A stretch of DNA of 55,636 nt from a virus. The DNA is taken from IMG/VR virus record IMGVR_UViG_3300029705_000156; one strand, written 5' to 3'. The stretch's first letter is position 1; every line of letters begins with the position of its first letter. This document shows positions 1 through 6,786 of the stretch, in pieces. Below the pieces are notes generated by a model, which ran no database searches, was not told where the DNA came from, and saw nothing but the letters and a program-made list of their open reading frames with translations. Both the position numbers and the translations under genes were made by a program.

Positions 1-127
1 TTGCGTAGGCTAATTTCTATTTTTCTGTGTTTTCTTTGTGAATATATGCTATCGGATGAAAAATACAGTTTTCTATCATTTTTGCATCTTCAATAGCCTC
101 TTTTTCCGTATCCCACTCTTTTCTGTA
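1..127. repeat. Terminal overlap copy 1 (identical to 55510-55636)
   Basis: Base-by-base identity read from the sequence. The 127-nt length is typical of a k-mer overlap on a circular contig. Confidence 0.9.
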
Positions 128-166
128 ACCGCTTTCCGTATTTACCACCCATTTTTCTTTTTGCAT
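17..166 (-). CDS. Small hypothetical protein (49 aa)
   Basis: ORF below the track cutoff (MQKEKWVVNTESGYRKEW...). The ATG at 166 is preceded by AAAGGAG on the minus strand. Confidence 0.45.
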   Translation of the reverse strand: MQKEKWVVNTESGYRKEWDTEKEAIEDAKMIENCIFHPIAYIHKENTEK

Positions 167-201
167 AATATTACTCCTTTCTTGCGTAGGCTTAATTTTA
201 T

Positions 202-393
202 TTATCTGTTAAGTTCTTCAATATCCGAATCTGTCAGCAATCCTCTTTCTTTTAATTCGTGTGCAATATTATTCAAATCTTTATCAAGAGACTTGCAACC
301 TTGTCCTTCTCTTGAAACAATTACCGCATAATCGTTAACCAAAGTCATAATCAGTTGATTGTTTTCCATTGATTTAATTTCTTTTTTAGTCAT
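202..393 (-). CDS. Small hypothetical protein (63 aa)
   Basis: Track ORF 202-411. The internal ATG at 393 has a GAGGAG Shine-Dalgarno. Tightly packed in the leftward operon. Confidence 0.5.
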   Translation of the reverse strand: MTKKEIKSMENNQLIMTLVNDYAVIVSREGQGCKSLDKDLNNIAHELKERGLLTDSDIEELNR

Positions 394-397
394 AACT

Positions 398-562
398 TTA
401 CTCCTCATCATCTTCTCTGTTTAAAATTCTTTGAATTACTTTTTTCTGCTTATTACTCAATGTATCAAAATCTAATTCAAATTCTTTGCAATCTCTTTTT
501 CTGTTATATCCATCTTCGCAATACCAAGAGTTTCTGTATCTGCAATGGTCGCACGCGCTCAT
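398..562 (-). CDS. Small Cys-containing protein (54 aa)
   Basis: MSACDHCRYRNSWYCEDGYNRKRDC... The ATG at 562 is preceded by AAAGGAGTG. Below the track cutoff. Confidence 0.45.
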   Translation of the reverse strand: MSACDHCRYRNSWYCEDGYNRKRDCKEFELDFDTLSNKQKKVIQRILNREDDEE

Positions 563-566
563 AATC

Positions 567-716
567 TCACTCCTTTGCCATCTTTTCCAATTCTATAATC
601 ATCATATTCAAATAAAATACATCAAACTCCGTAGTAGCAGTTTCCAGTTTCTTCTTGTGGCGTTCGATAGCGTCTAATACTTCTTGCTTATCTTTGAATG
701 GGTAATACTTATTCAT
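567..716 (-). CDS. Small hypothetical protein (49 aa)
   Basis: MNKYYPFKDKQEVLDAIERHKKKLE... The ATG at 716 is preceded by AAAGGAG. Confidence 0.45.
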   Translation of the reverse strand: MNKYYPFKDKQEVLDAIERHKKKLETATTEFDVFYLNMMIIELEKMAKE

Positions 717-727
717 AATATACTCCT

Positions 728-1306
728 TTACGCTATACATAAATGACCGTTGATTGCATCTTCAATACGCTTTGTCTGAATACCAATATACTTTCTTGTA
801 ACTTCAATAGAAGAGTGTTGTAATAATATTCTAACCAATTCAATATCATAACCATTATTTATATATATCTGTGTAGCATAATATTTTCTAAAACTATGAC
901 TACTAATGTCCTGCCATCCCAAGTATGAAGATACAATATCAAGGTTCTTCTGTACCGCACGTTCAGTAATAGGGAACAATCTAGCGGTAGGGAAGATGTG
1001 GTTTTCTTTCGCATACTGTTTCATAAAATCATACAAGCCATTGGGAACAGTGAAGTTTCTATGCTTGCCGGTTTTCTGTTCGTAAATATCAAGATGCCAT
1101 CTGCCGCATTCCCATACGATGTCCGATAAGCGTAAATTCAATATATCCGAGATACGCAATCCAATGTTGCCCTGCACTACCAAGAGCGTAGCAAGTCTGT
1201 TATTCGGTTTAAATTCCTTGCCATTATCGTAGGTAAATCCATTGCGGATAGTAGCAATAATCAATTCGTACTGTTCTTTGTCTAATGCTTTTGTCTTAAT
1301 GTTCAT
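728..1306 (-). CDS. Minimal tyrosine recombinase (catalytic domain only, about 192 aa)
   Basis: Catalytic signature LRISD (Arg), KTGK, HSFRKYYAT (H-x-x-R), LQHSS (His), TRKY (Tyr). No N-terminal core-binding domain. RBS AAAAGGAG before the ATG at 1306. Confidence 0.8.
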   Translation of the reverse strand: MNIKTKALDKEQYELIIATIRNGFTYDNGKEFKPNNRLATLLVVQGNIGLRISDILNLRLSDIVWECGRWHLDIYEQKTGKHRNFTVPNGLYDFMKQYAKENHIFPTARLFPITERAVQKNLDIVSSYLGWQDISSHSFRKYYATQIYINNGYDIELVRILLQHSSIEVTRKYIGIQTKRIEDAINGHLCIA

Positions 1307-1388
1307 AATACACACTCCTTTTCGATTTAAAAATTTCAAGTCAACTTTTTTCATACCCCCTAGGGCAGTAGTAGCGCCCTAAATGCTT

Positions 1389-1637
1389 TTATCTAACCAT
1401 TAGTGTATGAAGGTCATTTGTTCCGATGTATTCGATATTTCCGAACATATACACAAAGCCGTATTTTTTGGCTTCGAACATCTCGACAAAAGACCAAAAA
1501 CGCATATTATTTTCAAATTTCGATGTATCAGCGTATGACTTCGGACATATAATCATATACAATGCGAAAAGGTCGCTTGCATCATATTCGCCCTTTGGTA
1601 ACTTGTTCATATATGATTTGAAAATGCGTTCAGTCAT
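1389..1637 (-). CDS. Hypothetical protein (82 aa)
   Basis: Track ORF 1389-1670. The ATG at 1637 has an AAAGGATGG RBS. First gene of the leftward operon. Confidence 0.5.
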   Translation of the reverse strand: MTERIFKSYMNKLPKGEYDASDLFALYMIICPKSYADTSKFENNMRFWSFVEMFEAKKYGFVYMFGNIEYIGTNDLHTLMVR

Positions 1638-1738
1638 AAATAACACCATCCTTTTATTATTTTTCTGCACTCTGCTTTTTTGATGCCGTCGGTCTCGTTG
1701 GTAGCGTTCCGGCGGCTTTTTGTTTTGTTGTTAAGGTT

Positions 1739-1767
1739 AGTATATATCATGATATATAACTTGTCAA
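1739..1767 (-). promoter_or_regulatory. Leftward sigma-70-type promoter
   Basis: The minus strand reads TTGACA-N17-TATACT, about 100 nt upstream of the 1637 gene. Confidence 0.5.
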
Positions 1768-1781
1768 TACATTTTTTAAAA

Positions 1782-1863
1782 ATATTTATATAAATTTTCA
1801 TATAACAATTTATAGATATATTTATATAGAAATTATATAACAAGATATGCATATATTTATATA
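1782..1863. repeat. Three direct ATATTTATATA iterons spaced 35-36 bp
   Basis: Exact 11-mers at 1782-1792, 1818-1828 and 1853-1863, between the divergent promoters. An 18-bp palindrome TATATATCATGATATATA lies at 1741-1758. Confidence 0.7.
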
Positions 1864-1893
1864 AGAAGTAATATATCAAGAACGTTTTATATA

Positions 1894-1922
1894 TTGACTT
1901 TTTATATATCATTTTATATAAT
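1894..1922 (+). promoter_or_regulatory. Rightward sigma-70-type promoter
   Basis: TTGACT-N17-TATAAT, 33 nt upstream of the ORF at 1955. Confidence 0.6.
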
Positions 1923-1954
1923 AAGTAAAAACATATTGAAAAGGGGGTGAGAAT

Positions 1955-2122
1955 ATGCCAAAAACTCCGGAATACACAAAGAAAGCAGTAGACAATTACC
2001 GCAGCAAGTTCGATTTTGTGCAGGTTAGGTTGCCAAAAGGGACAAAGGAAAAATTAAAGGACAAAGGAAATATAAACGATTATATAAATAATCTAATTAT
2101 GCAAGATTTAAACAATAATTAG
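1955..2122 (+). CDS. Small DNA-binding-like protein (55 aa), possible ribbon-helix-helix
   Basis: MPKTPEYTKKAVDNYRSKFDFVQVRLPKGTKEKLK... RBS AAGGGGGTGA. Below the track cutoff. The VQVRLPKG strand followed by a helix resembles the Arc/CopG class. Confidence 0.45.
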   Translation: MPKTPEYTKKAVDNYRSKFDFVQVRLPKGTKEKLKDKGNINDYINNLIMQDLNNN

Positions 2123-2147
2123 CATCGTTTCGGCGGTGCTTTTTTAT
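2121..2147 (+). terminator. Intrinsic terminator
   Basis: 7-bp stem agcatcg/cggtgct with a 6-nt loop, then TTTTTTATT. Confidence 0.6.
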
Positions 2148-2217
2148 TGCGTAAAACGCAGAATCAGGCATCAGAGCGCATGCGCAACATCTTGCATAAA
2201 ATCTTTAAAATTTCCGC

Positions 2218-2246
2218 TTGACAAACACAATATATTGCGATAAACT
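2218..2246 (+). promoter_or_regulatory. Strong sigma-70-type promoter ahead of the packaging region
   Basis: TTGACA-N17-TAAACT. Confidence 0.55.
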
Positions 2247-2285
2247 TATGCAAATTGATACACACGAACAAATGAAGGACAAAGG

Positions 2286-2330
2286 AAAGGACTATAAACA
2301 AATAGCCCTTTTATGTCCTTTTTTTATTTT
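2286..2330 (+). terminator. Leader hairpin plus T-run between promoter and first late-region gene
   Basis: AAAGGAC/GTCCTTT and ATAAA/TTTAT stems (one bulge, 11-nt loop), followed by TTTTATTTTTAT. Confidence 0.45.
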
Positions 2331-2359
2331 TATAAACCGAGAAAGGGGGGGGCGAGAAA

Positions 2360-3091
2360 GTGCAGAAAACGGAATATGATGTCCAGTCAATAGCAACCGT
2401 GGAAGATATGCCGGCAGTCGCTAAAAGTATTGTAGAAGACTATTGCATACACAACGAGATTGACGAAAAAGACATATACCCTAGCATCTGGAACGATATA
2501 ATCACAGAATTATACGTTTCTCTGTTCCGCCCTTGCCACAACCTCTTGCGGATCACAAACACACAATATAACGAATACGACCGCATAAAAGTATATTATG
2601 TGTATGAGAATATATATAAAAGGCTTTGTAATAGTCACTGCCAGGAAATCACGCAAAAGGGCTTTCTTGATATGACCGGCATCGACAAGCAGACACTGTA
2701 TAACTGGAAGAATGATAACAAGTATATATATAATAGCCGTACTAATTCAGTAGAACATAATAATATAAATAATAATACTAATAGCGGTATATATAATAAT
2801 ACTAATAATGGCATAGATAGTAGTATATATAATAATTATAGTGAGATATTAAGTTCTTCACGATTCGACTTACAGCAAAAAATTATGGACGATAACGAAG
2901 AAAGTCTATTTTCGCTGATGAAAGACCGCAGAAACAACCCTATGAAGTATCTTCCGAAGCTGAACAAGGTGCATAACTGGAATATGCCGGGCGTTAGCAG
3001 TAGGCAGACAGACAAGCAATCTTTAACTGCTGCCGAATTGCCACAACTAGGACAAAACAACCCTGTTTTGATTGATAAAAAGGCAGATTAG
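2360..3091 (+). CDS. HTH protein with Asn-rich insert; possible terminase small subunit
   Basis: GTG start after AAAGGGGGGG. HTH-like GFLDMTGIDKQTLYNWK. The C-terminal NPMKYLPKLNKVHNW resembles the TerS C-terminal motif. It is 4.5 kb from terL, so the call is uncertain. Confidence 0.3.
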   Translation: MQKTEYDVQSIATVEDMPAVAKSIVEDYCIHNEIDEKDIYPSIWNDIITELYVSLFRPCHNLLRITNTQYNEYDRIKVYYVYENIYKRLCNSHCQEITQKGFLDMTGIDKQTLYNWKNDNKYIYNSRTNSVEHNNINNNTNSGIYNNTNNGIDSSIYNNYSEILSSSRFDLQQKIMDDNEESLFSLMKDRRNNPMKYLPKLNKVHNWNMPGVSSRQTDKQSLTAAELPQLGQNNPVLIDKKAD

Positions 3092-3392
3092 CACAGTTTG
3101 TTGGTAATATTGCACAAAGGATTTTAAGGGCAACGGCTGAAAAGCAACGGAAATTGGGAAAAGTTCGTATAATGCTAGTTTTACGAACTCTAAAATAGCA
3201 ACACATCAGATTACCCACCCGGGGGTCTGTACGGAATACGAAAACGGCTATACTTAATACCCAAAATTTCTAAAATCACAAAAAGGCTATTATATAATAC
3301 AGCAATGTATATACTAATACCTTAAATAATTATTTATATACAATACGCTTTATATAGTATTTATATACGCTTAATACAGATTGGAGAAGTAT

Positions 3393-3743
3393 ATGGCAAA
3401 AGAATGGATAGAAATACTAGGAACTACATACAAGGTTGTTTACGAGAATGAAGAAGACAATCCGAAGTTGAAAGAATGTAACGGTCTATGCGAACAGTAT
3501 TCAAAGAAAATCGTTATAAGTGATTTGAAAGAAGCAAAAGAAGATGTTATGTGCGTTGAAAAGCCAGAGAAGTTTCAGAAAAAAATCTTGCGACACGAAA
3601 TCATACACGCATTTTTAGGAGAAAGTGGTTTGAGAAGTCAAAGTGATTGGGCTGAATGCGAAGAGATGATAGATTGGTTTGCTATTCAACACGAAAAGTT
3701 GCACCAAGCGTTTAAAGAAGCAGGAGCGTTAGAAAATGAGTAA
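3393..3743 (+). CDS. Small zincin metallopeptidase, ImmA/IrrE (M78)-like
   Basis: HExxH motif (LRHEIIHAF) after a beta-rich N-terminus. Paralogous in architecture to 55191-55517. Confidence 0.55.
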   Translation: MAKEWIEILGTTYKVVYENEEDNPKLKECNGLCEQYSKKIVISDLKEAKEDVMCVEKPEKFQKKILRHEIIHAFLGESGLRSQSDWAECEEMIDWFAIQHEKLHQAFKEAGALENE

Positions 3744-3975
3744 TTTGGAATTATCATACTGCGAAGATTGCGGAGATTTGGTTAAGTATAGAACCGAAGC
3801 AAGAAAAGTAAAAGAGATGTTTCACGGAAAAGAGATAGAGTACGAATTTGAGTTTGGAGTTTGTTGCAAATGCGGAGCAGAAGTTGCGACAACTATTGAT
3901 TACAACTCGAGGAAAGCAAGGGTTAAGTGCATATCATTTAATAATCTTGGCGGAAAACAATTAAGACTGGAATAA
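3736..3975 (+). CDS. Zinc-ribbon protein (YgiT/MqsA-type finger, no HTH)
   Basis: CEDCG...36 aa...CCKCG. Overlaps the upstream stop codon, suggesting translational coupling. Confidence 0.45.
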   Translation: MSNLELSYCEDCGDLVKYRTEARKVKEMFHGKEIEYEFEFGVCCKCGAEVATTIDYNSRKARVKCISFNNLGGKQLRLE

Positions 3976-4012
3976 TAATTTCCCAAAATTTTTCAAAAAA
4001 GGAAAAAGCGTT

Positions 4013-4315
4013 ATGGAGTATTTCAAAGAGGGAGTTAGGTTTAAAATTATTGAAAAATATCCGTATGTTTCTGTTAGCGTCACAAAGGAAGATGTGATTT
4101 TATACGCAAAAACAAATGGATTTACATACTGTGATTTTGAAAACAGTGTGGTCGCCCGGTCAGGTTTAATTCCGTTTATGAACCTTGTTGGTTTGAAATA
4201 CGGATGGTTAAATAATTTTAGAAAAATGCACGGATATAAAAAGATTAATAGAAATTTGCTAATTGAAAAAGCAAAAAATCCTAATTGTTGTTTCGTGTAT
4301 AGCAATGATAAATAA
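4013..4315 (+). CDS. Hypothetical protein
   Basis: 100-aa track ORF. The stop codon abuts the tRNA. Confidence 0.5.
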   Translation: MEYFKEGVRFKIIEKYPYVSVSVTKEDVILYAKTNGFTYCDFENSVVARSGLIPFMNLVGLKYGWLNNFRKMHGYKKINRNLLIEKAKNPNCCFVYSNDK

Positions 4316-4387
4316 AGCCCCTTCGTCAAGCGGTAAGACGCAAGATTTTGATTCTTGTATACATTGGTTCGAATCCAATAGGGGCTG
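4316..4387 (+). tRNA. tRNA-Gln (anticodon TTG)
   Basis: Hand-folded cloverleaf. 7-bp acceptor agcccct/aggggct, D arm with GG, perfect 5-bp anticodon stem caaga/tcttg with loop TT-TTG-AT, and T arm attgg-TTCGAAT-ccaat. Confidence 0.85.
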
Positions 4388-4857
4388 TTCGATTTTGTCT
4401 TAAGTTCATTTGGCAAAATCTCCTTTCAATGTAGCCCACTAGCGGAATGCTGATTAAAGAACCGTCAAAAGGTTCGGTGGGTTTATCCATTTGTGATTGC
4501 AAGCACAGAGAAAACGGTGAAACCTATTAGCGCAATAGGGGGTACAGGCGTTGAGCATACCGCTGGTTGGGAGCACCTGTATATTAAAACGCACAGTCCC
4601 TTGCGACAAATAAATGGGACATTTTAAAAAGTTGCAACGCCTAAATCAGTGTGACGGCGCATTCCGAGGGCAGTATTAGTGTAAATCAAGCACTCCATCG
4701 GGGGAACGGTTCAACTCCGTGTTTAGGCTTCAGTGGTGTTATTCCCACTTTAAAAACGATACGGCAGACAACGGCAACCGCGAGGAAATAGTTGTAAATT
4801 AGGGCGTTAAATCTTGCGAGTAGCACATTAACTGTGATTAGGCAAGTAGCCCATTTT
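4388..4857 (+). ncRNA. Candidate large structured noncoding RNA flanked by tRNAs (ROOL/GOLLD-class candidate)
   Basis: 470 nt with no credible ORF, and GC visibly above its surroundings. At least 9 local or long-range helices (listed in the finding), including an internal tRNA-like acceptor/T-arm mimic. Confidence 0.5.
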
Positions 4858-4932
4858 GGGGGTGTAGTTTAAATCCGGCGAGAACGCTAGATTGAAGGGC
4901 TAGTAATGCAAGTTCAAATCTTGCCGCCCCTC
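4858..4932 (+). tRNA. tRNA, tentatively Phe (GAA), atypical
   Basis: Acceptor gggggtg/cgcccct (two G-U pairs), D stem gttt/gaac with GG in the loop, T arm gcaag-TTCAAAT-cttgc. The anticodon loop TT-GAA-GG has G37 and an A31-G39 mismatch. Confidence 0.55.
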
Positions 4933-4954
4933 TTTATGAAACGGAGTTGATTTA

Positions 4955-5236
4955 GTGAAAGCAAAGACTTGTATAAACTGTGGTGCGCCATTGCATAGTA
5001 ATATTTGTGATTATTGCGGTACGGAGTATGAAATTGACGATAATTGCAACCATACGCAAAAGGGCAAGCAGATAAATGAGTTTATTTATGAGTTGGAAAT
5101 ACAAGGCAAACCATATCAGTTTTATGTTGGGGAAGTTGAAGTAAACAAACTTACTGATGTTGGCAGAGATAAAAACGGAAATGTAATATCTATTCATTTA
5201 GGCGCTAAAAGAAAATTGACTTTGATTGAGATTTAA
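4955..5236 (+). CDS. Zinc-ribbon protein
   Basis: GTG start. CINCG...CDYCG motif. Confidence 0.5.
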   Translation: MKAKTCINCGAPLHSNICDYCGTEYEIDDNCNHTQKGKQINEFIYELEIQGKPYQFYVGEVEVNKLTDVGRDKNGNVISIHLGAKRKLTLIEI

Positions 5237-5249
5237 GGAGTGAATAACC

Positions 5250-5393
5250 TTGGACGATTACTACGATGATTATTGCTACGAATGTGGCGGTTATGGTGAT
5301 GATTATTTCATAAATGACGATGGCGAGTTAGAGTGCTATTGTCCGAAATGCCCTTATAACAAAAGCGAAGATGATTATGATTATGACGATTGA
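5250..5393 (+). CDS. Small acidic zinc-ribbon protein (47 aa)
   Basis: TTG start after AAGGAG. CYECGG...CYCPKC. Below the track cutoff. Confidence 0.4.
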   Translation: MDDYYDDYCYECGGYGDDYFINDDGELECYCPKCPYNKSEDDYDYDD

Positions 5394-5409
5394 TTAAGGA
5401 GTGAAGATT

Positions 5410-5679
5410 ATGCAAAATCCCAAAGTAAGAATTGAAAGCGATGGAACAATAACAGAAGTATATGTGAACGGCGAAAAGGCGAGATTAGTTAAACAAGTTT
5501 TGTTTTTTGGAATGCCGGGCGAAATTAGATGTGAATTGGAACAATATGCGGTTGGCGAAGATGGAAATTACAAATTAAACGATTTAGGAACTGACCTTGT
5601 GATTGAATCAACAGTTTTATTAACTCCCGAAACTGCAAGAGTAGTGCCTTGGGGAACAACAAATTTAAGCGAGGTGTAG
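5410..5679 (+). CDS. Hypothetical protein
   Basis: ATG after AAGGAG. Track ORF 5401-5679. Confidence 0.5.
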   Translation: MQNPKVRIESDGTITEVYVNGEKARLVKQVLFFGMPGEIRCELEQYAVGEDGNYKLNDLGTDLVIESTVLLTPETARVVPWGTTNLSEV

Positions 5680-5681
5680 TT

Positions 5682-5981
5682 ATGGCAGAACAAGTAAACC
5701 ACCCGTCACATTACAGTAAAAACGGAAGAAAAGAATGTATTGTAGAGATGGAAGAATACTATGGTGTAAATGCGACAATAGTTTTTTGCCTTATGAATGC
5801 GTATAAGTATTTGTATCGCGCAGGGGATAAGGCAGATAATTCTTATGAACAAGACCGAAATAAAGCAAGATGGTACTTTGATTATGCAAATAAGTTGTTA
5901 GAAAAGACCAATAAAAAGGATTGTTTTAAGGAAAACAGCGATTTGTACTTGGATATTAAGGAGATGTTGGAGAATGAGTGA
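5682..5981 (+). CDS. DUF3310-family phage protein
   Basis: N-terminal NHPSHY motif and conserved Cys/Tyr pattern. RBS GAGGTG. Confidence 0.6.
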   Translation: MAEQVNHPSHYSKNGRKECIVEMEEYYGVNATIVFCLMNAYKYLYRAGDKADNSYEQDRNKARWYFDYANKLLEKTNKKDCFKENSDLYLDIKEMLENE

Positions 5982-6567
5982 AGATTCTTTATGCAAATTG
6001 ATTGATGAATTAAAAGAAAATGGTGTGAGTGCCGAAGTAAGTGAACTTAAAGGCGGCAAAAACGGAGAAATTCAAAAAGTTTTAGAAATATCGGTTAAAT
6101 TAGACTTCTCCGAACACGACAAGGTGTTTGAGGATAAGATTGCTGAATTGAAAAAAGATTTTAAGGCAGCATCAGGACTTCTTAGTGATTATCGGCAAGA
6201 AAACGAATCATTAAAGCAACGCATAGCCGAGTTGGAGAGTAAGGAGACGAAAAAACCGACAAAAATCAATCTCAATGACAGAATAAAAGTAAAACTTACT
6301 CCGCTGGGTGTTGAAATTTACTATCATCAGTACGATGAGTTAAACAAATGGATAAAGGAAAGAGGCGGAAAGCAACTTGAGCCGAGAATGCCGGAAATTG
6401 ATAAAGACGGCTATACAAAATTTACATTATGGAATTTTATGGAACTTTACGGAGAACACATCGGTATGTGCAAACCTAGTGTGATATCACCGTTGTATAT
6501 CGAATTATGCCAAGATGAATGGAAAATGCGCTATAACGAAGAGCCGATTGAGAAAGGCAAGGAATAA
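5974..6567 (+). CDS. Hypothetical coiled-coil protein
   Basis: 197-aa track ORF overlapping the upstream stop. Confidence 0.5.
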   Translation: MSEDSLCKLIDELKENGVSAEVSELKGGKNGEIQKVLEISVKLDFSEHDKVFEDKIAELKKDFKAASGLLSDYRQENESLKQRIAELESKETKKPTKINLNDRIKVKLTPLGVEIYYHQYDELNKWIKERGGKQLEPRMPEIDKDGYTKFTLWNFMELYGEHIGMCKPSVISPLYIELCQDEWKMRYNEEPIEKGKE

Positions 6568-6574
6568 ATAGTTT

Positions 6575-6772
6575 ATGCTAAAAACAAGAGAATTGGTCGG
6601 AATTATTGAAGACGCATTATTAGGCATAAATGGTTGCGTTGGTAAACCAGATGAAAATGGTAATATAGATGTAATAAGTGCTAATGTTAAAGTAAACGGA
6701 CACTGTATTATTCTAAATTATTCAGAAAATGGACAAATTGATAGATTTAGAATAAATGTTGAAATGTTGTAG
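6575..6772 (+). CDS. Hypothetical protein
   Basis: 65-aa track ORF. Confidence 0.45.
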   Translation: MLKTRELVGIIEDALLGINGCVGKPDENGNIDVISANVKVNGHCIILNYSENGQIDRFRINVEML

Positions 6773-6786
6773 CAGAAAGGTGTTGT

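Noticed and set aside
1-212. About 30-nt direct repeat TTGCGTAGGC(T)TAATTT.TATTT.TCTG at 1-30 and 182-212 as a recombination site or gene duplication
   Set aside because: The two adjacent small proteins are not similar. The copy at the junction is simply part of a convergent-gene hairpin. The evidence is too weak for a functional call.
1740-1925. CRISPR array or invertible promoter (inverton) controlled by the small recombinase
   Set aside because: The repeats are only 11 bp and AT-rich, with no spacer-like unique units. I could not find inverted repeats flanking the promoter hub.
3961-4416. 151-aa minus-strand ORF
   Set aside because: It is antisense to a well-supported plus-strand ORF and runs straight through tRNA-Gln. 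It is low-complexity and hydrophobic, with no RBS.
4388-4857. Group I intron or a string of additional tRNA genes
   Set aside because: Both flanking tRNAs are intact without it. Only one internal segment (4639-4729) has acceptor/T-arm-like pairing, and it lacks canonical D and anticodon arms. I could not identify P7/G-binding-site-type elements by eye.
4381-4860. tmRNA hypothesis (GGGGCTG... 5' end plus internal GGTTCAACTCC T-loop)
   Set aside because: The GGGGCT belongs to the acceptor 3' strand of tRNA-Gln. I found no alanine-type acceptor end, no CCA-proximal tRNA-like domain at the 3' end, and no tag reading frame.
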